A stretch of DNA of 62,327 bases, filler included, from Aduncisulcus paluster (Eukaryota): NCBI GenBank assembly GCA_024181965.1. It is 6 parts of 6 records of this genome, joined end to end, with 100 filler letters (N's around TTAATTAATTAA, not from the genome) between each part and the next. Parts side by side here need not be neighbours in the genome. Positions count along the whole stretch, not along the records: positions 1 to 14,490 come from BQXS01010908.1; 5 more parts are not named here. One strand, given 5' to 3'. The position numbers and the translations under genes were made by a program. The notes under the pieces are model-generated. The model saw only the letters and a list, made by a program, of their open reading frames with translations. It did not search any database and was not told the origin of the DNA. Position 1 is the first letter of the stretch; the number at the start of each line of letters is the position of its first letter. Positions 1 to 9,182 of this stretch are shown in pieces.

Positions 1-440
1 AAAGCAGTTGTGGTGACGGTAAACGAGAACAAAAATTCTGTGCATGAAGAAAGTTGATGCTACTAATTCTACAAGGACTAAACCGTTATTTTGTTTTTAT
101 TTTTATTTATATTTATATTTTTCCTTGACTAGATAGCTGATTTTACAGTAATAAACGATATACAACAATGTCATTTTTTGTCTTTTCAAATTTTCTGTAA
201 TTGATATAATATACAGAAAATAAATCAATATCTCAAATGGGCAATCTCTATTTTATTTATCACGTTAATAGTTTTCTTGTTTGTGACTCGATCGCAGATT
301 CGGAAGTTTTTTTTTTGTTTTTTTTCGCATTGCCAAAGTTTTCCTCAAAAAATACGGGGTTTTCTTGGGCAATTGTCGCAAGTTCTTTGTCAATTCTGTG
401 TGTAGAGTGTCAACTTCAAGTTGATATTATTGGAGTTGAC

Positions 441-805
441 CTCCCAATTGATCTCCCCTACCTGACGTTTCGGATGGACACCCCGGTTAAAAAACGCATT
501 TTCAGGCGGGAGATTTATTGGGAGACCCTTTATAACCTAAGGTTATTAACCTTCAAATTGATCTTTACCTTGAAGTATTTTTTATACCTGGCTTTTGATG
601 ACCTGCTTGTTGGTGGTCGGGCGGTATTCTTTTTATACCTGGCTCTTGATGGCCTTGGCTCGATAGCCTACTTGTGGGTGGTCGGTCGGTTAAAGAACGC
701 ATTTTCAGGTGGAAGATTTATTGGGAGGCTCTTTATAACCTTGATCTTGACCTTGAACTAATTTTTACACCTGGCTCTTGATAGCCTACTTGTAGGTGGT
801 CGGGC
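441..805. repeat. Degenerate ~203-bp tandem repeat with internal sub-repeats and an inverted partial copy
   Basis: GGTTAAA(A/G)AACGCATTTTCAGG..G.AGATTTATTGGGAG...CTTTATAACCT at 485-538 and 688-741. TTTTTA(T/C)ACCTGGCT(T/C)TTGAT at ~579, ~630 and ~762. 441-473 is an approximate reverse complement of ~491-524. Confidence 0.75.
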
Positions 806-858
806 TATGGTGGATTTTACTATATAGTATATCTAGTAAATCATAAATGGTTGATCAT

Positions 859-1476
859 TTACATGGGCATTCCTTGGGGCATCTGTCCAGCATTTTGCAT
901 AGCCATTTGCATTTGTTCTTTGAAACCACGGGGCTTAAATCTTTCAGGAAGAGGATAGAAGGCATTGACAATCCTTTGCACAAAGAGTTTATGAATTATT
1001 TGAACGGAAATAATAATACCAACACTACCAGGAGGATTGTTTTTACCTCCAAGAATCTGTGCAAGGAATCCTTCTTTGATGAAACCTCTTGGAAGTTTGA
1101 AAACGATAGTAGAACCTCTCAAGAAGTTATAAAGACGGTTAAAACCAAAAGTAAGACCCAAATTAATGAAGGTACCCATCGTGTCCTTTGGTTTTTGATG
1201 CTTAGAATTGGCGGAAAGGAATTGCTTCTGGTGTTGGAGCTCTTCTTTCAATTTAGCAACTTCTTCCTCAGAAACAGTCTCATCTCCCTCTTTTTGTTTG
1301 TCTTCAAGTTCTTTAATCTGTTTTTCAAGGCTTTCAATCTCTTCCTTCTTTCCAGCAGTTGGGTCTGGGAGGCGGCGAAGTCTCCAATGGTTGAAAATTG
1401 TTTTAGCCAAGTCATAAACAAAAATAATCAAAATATTGATAAGATGTTTACGTTTAAAGAATAAAAAACCACTCAT
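859..1476 (-). CDS. TMCO1/EMC3-like (DUF106, Oxa1 superfamily) ER membrane protein
   Basis: 205 aa: N-terminal hydrophobic helix, cytosolic coiled coil (KKEEIESLEKQIKELEDK), second hydrophobic segment, VFKLP motif (VAKLP in TMCO1), third hydrophobic segment. Confidence 0.45.
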   Translation of the reverse strand: MSGFLFFKRKHLINILIIFVYDLAKTIFNHWRLRRLPDPTAGKKEEIESLEKQIKELEDKQKEGDETVSEEEVAKLKEELQHQKQFLSANSKHQKPKDTMGTFINLGLTFGFNRLYNFLRGSTIVFKLPRGFIKEGFLAQILGGKNNPPGSVGIIISVQIIHKLFVQRIVNAFYPLPERFKPRGFKEQMQMAMQNAGQMPQGMPM

Positions 1477-1728
1477 TACAATTTGATTCGTCAGAAAATG
1501 AAGAAAAAAAATTGATTGTCGGATCGATTTGTGTTTTCGAATAATAATACAAATTTTCGTATGTTATTGAATGACAACTAAATTTGAGATTTATTTTATC
1601 TCTAAATGAGCAAATAAAAAGAGATGATAATCCTGCCAAGAAAAAATTCATATCTGAAAAGGTTAGTCAATTGGATTAACTCCTTAAATACGAGGAAATA
1701 TAAAAGAAAAGAAAAGGGAGCAATGGAA

Positions 1729-2355
1729 TCAGCATCCACACCCTGTAGTTGAAGGGGAAACGTCAATAGGCACAGAATCATGAATATCACCCATACCAGC
1801 CCCATGAGAAGGATCTAAGCCAGGTGTTTCCGGACCATCGATAATCTTTTCAGCGAGCATATCATAAAGGGACTCAAAAGCTTTCTTTACGTTCTCTCCA
1901 TTGAGAGCAGAAGTCTCCAAAAATCCATATCCATATCTTCTGGCCATCTCTTCACCTTCATCTGTAGAAACTGCACGAATATGGGAAAGATCTGATTTGT
2001 TTCCAATAAGCACAACAGCAACGTCAAATATAGCATGTCTAGATAACTCACCAGCCCAGAATTCGACTTCTTCAAAAGATTGTCTATTTGTTATGTCATA
2101 AACAAGAAGGGCTCCACGCGCATCTCTCATATATTGTCTGGCAATTGATTTAAAAACTTCTTGACCCCCAGTATCATGAATATGGGCCACAACACTTTTC
2201 CCTTTAAGAGTCAACTTCCGAGAGAAGAACTCGACACCAATGGTTGAAGTCATTGATTTATCAAATGTGTTGAACTGGTATCTTGAAATAATTTGGGTTT
2301 TCCCACACCCACTCTGACCTAATGTGACAATTCTAAGGATAATGGAATCAGCCAT
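1729..2355 (-). CDS. RAB11: Rab-family small GTPase, Rab11-like
   Basis: G1 GQSGCGKT, STIGVEF, G3 DTGGQE, GALLVYDIT, G4 GNKSDLSHIRAV, G5 ETSAL, C-terminal CGC prenylation motif. Confidence 0.85.
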   Translation of the reverse strand: MADSIILRIVTLGQSGCGKTQIISRYQFNTFDKSMTSTIGVEFFSRKLTLKGKSVVAHIHDTGGQEVFKSIARQYMRDARGALLVYDITNRQSFEEVEFWAGELSRHAIFDVAVVLIGNKSDLSHIRAVSTDEGEEMARRYGYGFLETSALNGENVKKAFESLYDMLAEKIIDGPETPGLDPSHGAGMGDIHDSVPIDVSPSTTGCGC

Positions 2356-2766
2356 TATAAAAATGTTATTTTTGAACTACATGTCAAAAAGAGTATAAGA
2401 GGAAACATAAACAGAAGATATATGTATCGAGAGCATGGAAAAATAGGGAAATTTGTTGAGTTTAGATAATTGGATTTTTTGAATGGAATGGAGGGAACAA
2501 AATGGCTTGTAAACAATGGTTCAAGGATTTTCAGAACAAAAAATGAAATATAATAAAACATACATATCTATATTCTTTCAAAACAAGGTTCGCCGACTCC
2601 GAGAAGGATAAAATGTGAAATCGCATTGCCAACAACAAATCATAATATGTTTTTTCTCACTCACACAAATTAGAAAAAGAATAAAAAATTGAAAAAACTT
2701 TTATTTTATTCAAATACCGAAGTGGAGAATTCACCTCAAGGAAAATCCGATAAGATTTCTATAGAA

Positions 2767-3768
2767 TTAAATCTTTCTACCTCTTCCAGAAAACCATACG
2801 TCCTTGTCTTCCTCTTTTTTCTTAATAGATTCTTCCTTCTTCGCATCGCTATCACTTATGACACTTCTTACGGAAGGAGAAAGAGAAGGACTTGTGCTTC
2901 TGCTTGACACCCGACTACTGCTGGGTGGTGTAAGCAGGGGAACTTGGCTATTCTTTCCATGAATGGTTTGCCCACCAGCTCTCCTGGCACACCCTGATGA
3001 GAACCACACCTTCTTTGGAGTTGAGGGTTCAGATTCACCTTCAACCTCCTTTTTCTCATCTTCCTTTTTCCTCTTTTTCATATCTTGAATAATTTTTAAA
3101 ACTTCTTCTTTCTTCTTTTTCTGTTGCTCCATCGCAAGTTTTCTCTCCTCTTGTTTTTCTTTCCATCCAACGGGTTCATCAAATTCGAGATTTACATCCG
3201 TATCAATTAAACTGACTGCTCCGGAAGGACGAAGAGCCGTTACTTTGAAGGAATGTTCCATACCATCATGTAAAATGGGGAAAGTGGTGCCCACAGATAA
3301 ACACTGGAAACCAACTAAATGGTCTTCCAATACTTTTCTTGGATCGGACATATCTAAATATTCACAACTTTGGGCTTGTAACTTGACATAACTCGCCTTG
3401 GGGATTGTGACAGATCTTATCATTACATTTCTTTCTTGTTCAATTTTAAGTTGGTCCATCATCCATAATGGAACATAAACAAAGCCTTCATCACCAGTAA
3501 ATTGCTGAACTCCACAAAAACATGATTGGCTATTGGCTAAATTTCTCAATTCAAAAAAGTATGGAGGATCGACGCCTTGGTCAAGTAATTTGGAAAGAAT
3601 AGATTCTGACAGAACTACTTTTCCTGAATAAGCTGTTTGAGTTGCGACTAATTCATCATGAAAAATTGTAGGGCGGACTTTAAGATTACTGACAAAAGGG
3701 GAACGTTTGACATCACCTCCGGCTGGAGAAGCGCGTCTACCTGAAAATTTTCCCCGAAAAGGTCTCAT
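2767..3768 (-). CDS. UFD1: Ubiquitin fusion degradation protein UFD1
   Basis: GKVVLSESILSKL, PYFFEL, CGVQQFTGDEGFVYVPLWMM, PKASYVKLQ, DPRKVLE, VSLIDTDVNLEFDEPVG, C-terminal FSGRGRKI (SHP-box-like). First ATG is at 3768; the ORF track starts at TTG 3789. Confidence 0.9.
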   Translation of the reverse strand: MRPFRGKFSGRRASPAGGDVKRSPFVSNLKVRPTIFHDELVATQTAYSGKVVLSESILSKLLDQGVDPPYFFELRNLANSQSCFCGVQQFTGDEGFVYVPLWMMDQLKIEQERNVMIRSVTIPKASYVKLQAQSCEYLDMSDPRKVLEDHLVGFQCLSVGTTFPILHDGMEHSFKVTALRPSGAVSLIDTDVNLEFDEPVGWKEKQEERKLAMEQQKKKKEEVLKIIQDMKKRKKEDEKKEVEGESEPSTPKKVWFSSGCARRAGGQTIHGKNSQVPLLTPPSSSRVSSRSTSPSLSPSVRSVISDSDAKKEESIKKKEEDKDVWFSGRGRKI

Positions 3769-4188
3769 ATTGGGAGTTGAAGTTGTCAAAACGCGGAGTT
3801 AAGATTCTTTCTTATTCGTGAAGACATCAACGATCTGAAAGAATTTTTATTTTCGAATTTTAAAATGTTATAATAAATAGTTTTTAAATATAATCGGTTG
3901 TCAATTCAATATTTACATGACTCGATAAGTTCGATCAATCTGAGATCCGATCTCAGAGATCGTCACAATCCTGACGGTCAGGTTGACATCAATTATTGAT
4001 AATATTGGTTTTATATCGATGAGAATCATGGAGAGTTTGGGAGGCTGATGGAATTAAAGCATTAATAGTCTTGTGTCATGGATGGTGACAAGTCAATAGT
4101 ATTGAAAATCGTGGATAGACAATGTGATGAGATAATACCGATTAATGTAAATATTTATATACTGAATATATATGAAATAATTATGAAT

Positions 4189-6600
4189 CTATTTGGAATC
4201 TGGTAGTTTCTGTGGACAAAATCTTACAGACACTTTCGTAGCCGATAGAGTTGACATCAGTGCGACTGGTACAAAGAAGAATTCTCGCACTGATCCCGAA
4301 TCATCTAGAGGGCATGGCAATGGAATATCTCTGGCATCTTCAAGAATCACATCATTCTTGTATAAACTGAATGTAAGATTATCTCCATTGATAACGAATG
4401 ATACCGTATCACCTGTTTCATAGGAAGAAGATGCACCGTGTAGAACCCACGGATCCCCTGTTCCGACTCGCAACAGTCCATTTGACTGCCACAGGAATCC
4501 GTAAAGTCCTGATCCTTCGATATACTCACCTTGAAAGGACTCTTCATTTGTGTAAGGGTAGCAAATACTCCCAATAATTCCCTTCTCATCCGTGTGCTTT
4601 TCAGATGCCAACACACACTTTCCAAGGCTTGTGAGACTCGACAGACCGAAACTTACACCATTACTACTACTGTCGGCTAGCTCAATGACTTCCATGGAAA
4701 CTTGCACAACTCTCAAAGAATCTCGACTGATGACCTGTTTGGTGACAACAGGAACAACGCATGCTTCTTGTGTTAGAGTTGCCATAGACCTTGACCCATC
4801 GATTGACACAAATCTCGGCACATGGAGGGCACTGACACTCACATCCATCATCTCAATCCGATCGAGATACACGTTCTTGATCACAGAGAGGAGGAGAACT
4901 TCATCACTATCGGCAGCTGTCGGCATCCCACTACCTCCTCCAAGACTACCGCCGAGGACAGAAGTATGTTCAACTCTCTTGCGAAGCCGGGATGAATGCT
5001 CAAACATTCGAGCTAACTCTGCCAGACCCATCTTCTCACATCGGTACCTGAGGGTTTCCTTACGGTGTCTAAGCTCTCGTTCAATGAAGCCCCGTGAGAT
5101 ATGCTGGGTGTGAGCCGAATTGAGAGCGACCAAATCTCGAGTATGAGCACGAGATAGAACTTCTCTGATCGTAGCTTGACTGATAACTGAACAATTGATA
5201 AGGAATCTGCTTCGGCTGATATCGGATGTCTTGATCTCTCTCGCAATAAGACCAATACACGAAATACGAAGTTTCTCGCACCCCAGGGCTTCACAAAATG
5301 AGAGCATTCGAGGTAGTAAAGGGGGTGGAATCATTTGTTTTCGTACTGTTGTGAGTTCCTCAAGCTTGTCTGTAAGTGTCTGAGTGTCCGATTTAGTAGC
5401 TCTCTCTACTAAGTTGACCATTTCAGTTTGTTGGTCCTGATAAAACTTCTCAGTTTCTTCAATGCCATGTTCATACACTTCTTCAAGTTTTGAGAACTCA
5501 GACGAACGCTTTCTCTCATACTTGGCAACGAGTTCACGAAGTTCCATTTCAAACGAAGCATTCAAAGATTCCGATACGATTTGTTGGTGTTTGATTCTTT
5601 GCTTATCAAGTTTACGAAGACGCTCATCCTTGTTTTTCTGAACATCAGACACAAACTGCTCGGTGATTTTCTCTTTAGTCTGCGATAATGCCTCGAGTCT
5701 TGAGCATGTTTCCAGACACCCGCTCAAAATATCCGGTTCTCGGCAAAAGAACAGGTAGGATTTAACAAGGTCCGAGGGAAAGTGTCGGGCAGGATCGTGA
5801 GTACACATGGATTGCTTAATATCTTGAACAACCCCAATTTTGAATGCTGCAGCAGGTGGGGGCACTCCTTTCATCTTGAGAGATTTATCCCCTGCACGTT
5901 CACTAAAATCAACAACAAGACCAGGCCCAGGAGGTGCTCCGCCACCACGAGTACGCTCACAAAAGGCTTCTGCATTGTGCTTAGTAAGAATATGACGAAG
6001 AACACTTGATTGGGCGGTTAATAGACCAAGACGGGTCGGAATGCATTCCATATTATTGTTTTCAAGGTCATAAGCAAGAACTGTGACCCTACTAAATCCA
6101 AAACTTGAATCTTCAGTTCCTGTACGACTTTTTCGAGCAGTGGCTTCAGTGACAACTGGCGTAACACGACGAGCGGCTGTTCCACGCTTTTGAGCTTGCT
6201 CTTCTTCTTGTTTTTTTTCAATTTCAAGTCTTTCTCTCTCCATATCAGCCAACAATAGACGTTTATATTCTTTGTTACCATTTCCAATGAGATATTCTAA
6301 TCGATCAAGAATCAAATTATAATTTAGAACAGGAGGACGCTTTCTGAACTTTTTTGGTTGCTTTCTCGAATATGCCAGATACTCTTTTATGGAACGGCTC
6401 TTTGATGATATAGTGCCTGATTGGCTCAAATACAGAATAAATTTATCCTCTTCGATGGTCCATTCTGGAAATTCATCAACAAGTGGATGTGAGATTGTTG
6501 GAATTGACTGCTGTAAACCATCTAGTTGCTGTGGAAAAGTTACAAAGTCTAAAGAATCCATAAATTTTGATGATGATTGTTTTTCAATTGGAATTTTCAT
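4189..6600 (-). CDS. 803-aa protein with C-terminal SPRY-like domain, central coiled coil and possible BTB-like and Myb-like segments
   Basis: SPRY-like SNGVSFGL...YETGDTVSFVINGDNLTFSLYKND...FFVPVAL. BTB-like LLTAQSSVLRHIL and MLSFCEALGCEKLRISCIGLI. Myb-like EWTIEEDKFIL. Confidence 0.55.
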   Translation of the reverse strand: MKIPIEKQSSSKFMDSLDFVTFPQQLDGLQQSIPTISHPLVDEFPEWTIEEDKFILYLSQSGTISSKSRSIKEYLAYSRKQPKKFRKRPPVLNYNLILDRLEYLIGNGNKEYKRLLLADMERERLEIEKKQEEEQAQKRGTAARRVTPVVTEATARKSRTGTEDSSFGFSRVTVLAYDLENNNMECIPTRLGLLTAQSSVLRHILTKHNAEAFCERTRGGGAPPGPGLVVDFSERAGDKSLKMKGVPPPAAAFKIGVVQDIKQSMCTHDPARHFPSDLVKSYLFFCREPDILSGCLETCSRLEALSQTKEKITEQFVSDVQKNKDERLRKLDKQRIKHQQIVSESLNASFEMELRELVAKYERKRSSEFSKLEEVYEHGIEETEKFYQDQQTEMVNLVERATKSDTQTLTDKLEELTTVRKQMIPPPLLPRMLSFCEALGCEKLRISCIGLIAREIKTSDISRSRFLINCSVISQATIREVLSRAHTRDLVALNSAHTQHISRGFIERELRHRKETLRYRCEKMGLAELARMFEHSSRLRKRVEHTSVLGGSLGGGSGMPTAADSDEVLLLSVIKNVYLDRIEMMDVSVSALHVPRFVSIDGSRSMATLTQEACVVPVVTKQVISRDSLRVVQVSMEVIELADSSSNGVSFGLSSLTSLGKCVLASEKHTDEKGIIGSICYPYTNEESFQGEYIEGSGLYGFLWQSNGLLRVGTGDPWVLHGASSSYETGDTVSFVINGDNLTFSLYKNDVILEDARDIPLPCPLDDSGSVREFFFVPVALMSTLSATKVSVRFCPQKLPDSK

Positions 6601-6706
6601 ATTTTAATTGCCAAATATAACTATTAAGAAAGAATAAGTTAATTGAATACCAAGAAAAGATCATTTTAAAAAATCGGGAGCGAAAAGGTAGTCAAACTAC
6701 CTATTT

Positions 6707-7696
6707 TTATTCTAAATCAGTTACATCTATGAGGTTTATAGGGGTTGTTTGCTTTATAATAAGTTGAGCACAGGCTTTTGAGGCTGGAATAACAATTTGA
6801 TCTTTGGTTGGATTAGAAAACACTATGAATAAATGACTTGATGACGGATCATCCTCATAAATATTATGCATTGTTGTTAAAATTCTTAACCCTCTTTTAG
6901 CAAGCGATGATCGCTCACCAATGGCAATATATGAATTTTTAGGAGGCAGAATTTCTAGTGCAGAATCGGCCAATACAATCGATTTTGGAGGAACTATAAA
7001 CTCTTGTCCCATCCATAGATCATATCCAGCGGCTTCTTTGCTTCCTCCTCGTTTTGGGAGAATAGCGTCACTTTCTCTCATAGAAACACGGAGATATTCC
7101 GAAATTAATCTATAATCTTGTGGCTCTTTCACGAATGATGACGCAGTTTTTGCAATGGGGGTGGGAATTTTTGGGGTCGAGAATGAAAATGAAGAACCTG
7201 ACTTGATCTTATCAAGCAATGATGGCGATGGAGGCACATATATCGGTTCCACAACAGGGGTAACGCCTGGAAGATATGCAACATCTGGGTGATTATGACC
7301 TTCAACAAATTTGTATAAGACACAGATTTGACAGACTGGATTTGAGGGTATAGAAATTCCTCTCAGCTTGGCTTCCGCTTGAGAAATCATTTTAACATGG
7401 AAAGTAAGAGCATATTCACATGGAGGACGTGAAGAATGATATTCAAATAGAGAGAATCGCCGCTTTCCAAATTCATGCCCATATACACATTTAAATCGAT
7501 AAGAAAATCCATAGACACAGGTTTTTCTAAATATACATTTCATTGAAGAGTGCTTATTATTTGGAATTACATCGGGAATGAACCTAGTGCAAAGCCACTT
7601 TTCCATTTGACGAATATCGGGAATAATATCGAGATCAAAATACTTTGGAGCAGCATACAACTCGGGTTTTAATTCAAAATCCGGTTTTCGGCCCAT
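6707..7696 (-). CDS. FAR1/WRKY-like zinc finger fused to a degenerate dUTPase domain
   Basis: N-terminal YRFKC...PPCEYALTF...FVEGHNHP. C-terminal AAGYDL (motif I), ERSSLA (II), ACAQL (IV); motif III is degenerate and motif V is absent. ATG at 7696 (alternative 7729). Confidence 0.7.
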   Translation of the reverse strand: MGRKPDFELKPELYAAPKYFDLDIIPDIRQMEKWLCTRFIPDVIPNNKHSSMKCIFRKTCVYGFSYRFKCVYGHEFGKRRFSLFEYHSSRPPCEYALTFHVKMISQAEAKLRGISIPSNPVCQICVLYKFVEGHNHPDVAYLPGVTPVVEPIYVPPSPSLLDKIKSGSSFSFSTPKIPTPIAKTASSFVKEPQDYRLISEYLRVSMRESDAILPKRGGSKEAAGYDLWMGQEFIVPPKSIVLADSALEILPPKNSYIAIGERSSLAKRGLRILTTMHNIYEDDPSSSHLFIVFSNPTKDQIVIPASKACAQLIIKQTTPINLIDVTDLE

Positions 7697-7804
7697 TATA
7701 AAATTTAGGAACACAGAGAAAATGTACATTGCAGAAAAAAAAATTCTGCAATCACTTGAATAAGAATAAATAATGAAAATAAAACCGCAATTATATTCAT
7801 TTTA

Positions 7805-7824
7805 NNNNNNNNNNNNNNNNNNNN
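7805..7824. other. 20-N scaffold gap with flanking overlap duplication (~7611-7804 repeated at ~7826-8018)
   Basis: Identical sequence on both sides of the gap. Confidence 0.95.
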
Positions 7825-8060
7825 ACGAATATCGGGAATAATATCGAGATCAAAATACTTTGGAGCAGCATACAACTCGGGTTTTAATTCAAAATCCGGT
7901 TTTCGGCCCATTATAAAATTTAGGAACACAGAGAAAATGTACATTGCAGAAAAAAAATTCTGCAATCACTTGAATAAGAATAAATAATGAAAATAAAACC
8001 GCAATTATATTCATTTTAATCGGAAAAATCATAAATTTATTCTAAATATACACCACCAAC

Positions 8061-8877
8061 TTACAGAACTCCAACAGAATGCAACTTGGCTTGCAAAGCT
8101 TCGATTCTAGCGTCTTTTAACTGAACAAGCTGTTCAAGTTTCCTTACTTTAACTTCTAACAGATGATTACTCTCTTCAAGGGATCTGATTCGCCTTTCTC
8201 TCTCTTCAAGGACAGATGGAGGAACAGCAGATGACATGGGCATAGAATCACCCATTCCTTCAAATGTAGACCGACCTGGAGTGCCTCTTTGAGAAGAGAA
8301 TAGGGGTTGAGGCTGAGAATCCGATTGAGAAAGATGGCCAGAAGGGGCTTTGTGAATCTCTGGACTAAGGTCGGTAGAGTGCATCGCAATAGTTCTTTGG
8401 ATATCCAAGAGTACCTTCTCTATAGCTCCTGGAACGCATTTTATGATCATATCAATGTCCTGAAGACTAACTGGGTGGAAAGGCTTCCTTTTAAACACTT
8501 TTTCTATAATAGGAAGTGAATTAATTAAAAATATGGAGAAATATTGGAAATATTATTTACATGGACAACGATAAAATTATTTTTTGTGAGGGACAGCGAA
8601 AAATATCAAAAATATAACTTCTAAAAATGAACATACGATTAAGAGTTTGCCAATTGTATTTCTTCTGAGCTACGCTATTAGCACCCGAGTAATTGTGAAG
8701 TTCTACTCTTGAAGGGAAAAAATGATTGACAATTTGAGCCATTAAAACCCCATCAGAGAAGTCACGAGCAATGTTCTTCTTTGGCCTTGTTAAAGGAATC
8801 TCATCGACCCAAGAGTAGAGTGCCTGAAGAACGTCGTCACTAAAATGGTATGCCACGGACTTTTTGGATTGCATCAT
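8061..8877 (-). CDS. SPEF1: SPEF1/CLAMP-like flagellar CH-domain protein; two exons (8877-8637, 8503-8061)
   Basis: LYSWVDEIPLTRPKKNIARDFSDGVLMAQIV..VELHNYSGANS..KKYNWQTLN. Splicing gives WQTLNQKVFKR. C-terminal coiled coil LEVKVRKLEQLVQLKDARIEAL. Confidence 0.9.
8504..8636 (-). other. Spliceosomal intron (133 nt) in SPEF1
   Basis: GTATGT donor at 8636 and TATAG acceptor ending 8504; removal restores the frame and the conserved LNQKVF. Confidence 0.85.
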
Positions 8878-9182
8878 TACGTTTAGTTCTGTTCTTTCGA
8901 AAAAATTTCGGACATTTACGTTCCATCGTTATCTTTGCAATCATTGAGAGGATTTTTAAGGTTTCAGAAGTTAATGATGCATTTAGAAATGTGATAATAA
9001 TTTAAATAAAGTTTTTTCGTCCTAATTTGGCCAGAGAATTTTTCTATGTCAAGAAATTTGTTAAATCGGATAATAAATAAAAATTATTTATGGATGATAT
9101 ATATGTTATTCAAATTCATTATTGAAAAGGTTCAACCCTTAATGATTTCGTCCCGGTCAAGGAAACGCTCTTTTTCTTGTCA

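Noticed and set aside
237-761. 174-aa + strand ORF
   Set aside because: Runs through AT-rich and repeat DNA with no protein-like motifs; probably spurious.
485-805. CRISPR-like array
   Set aside because: Repeats are degenerate and irregular, there are no unique spacers or cas genes, and the context is eukaryotic.
847-1464. 205-aa + strand ORF
   Set aside because: Antisense shadow of the TMCO1-like gene.
7705-7965. Second copy of the zinc finger-dUTPase 5' end
   Set aside because: Exact overlap duplication across a 20-N gap.
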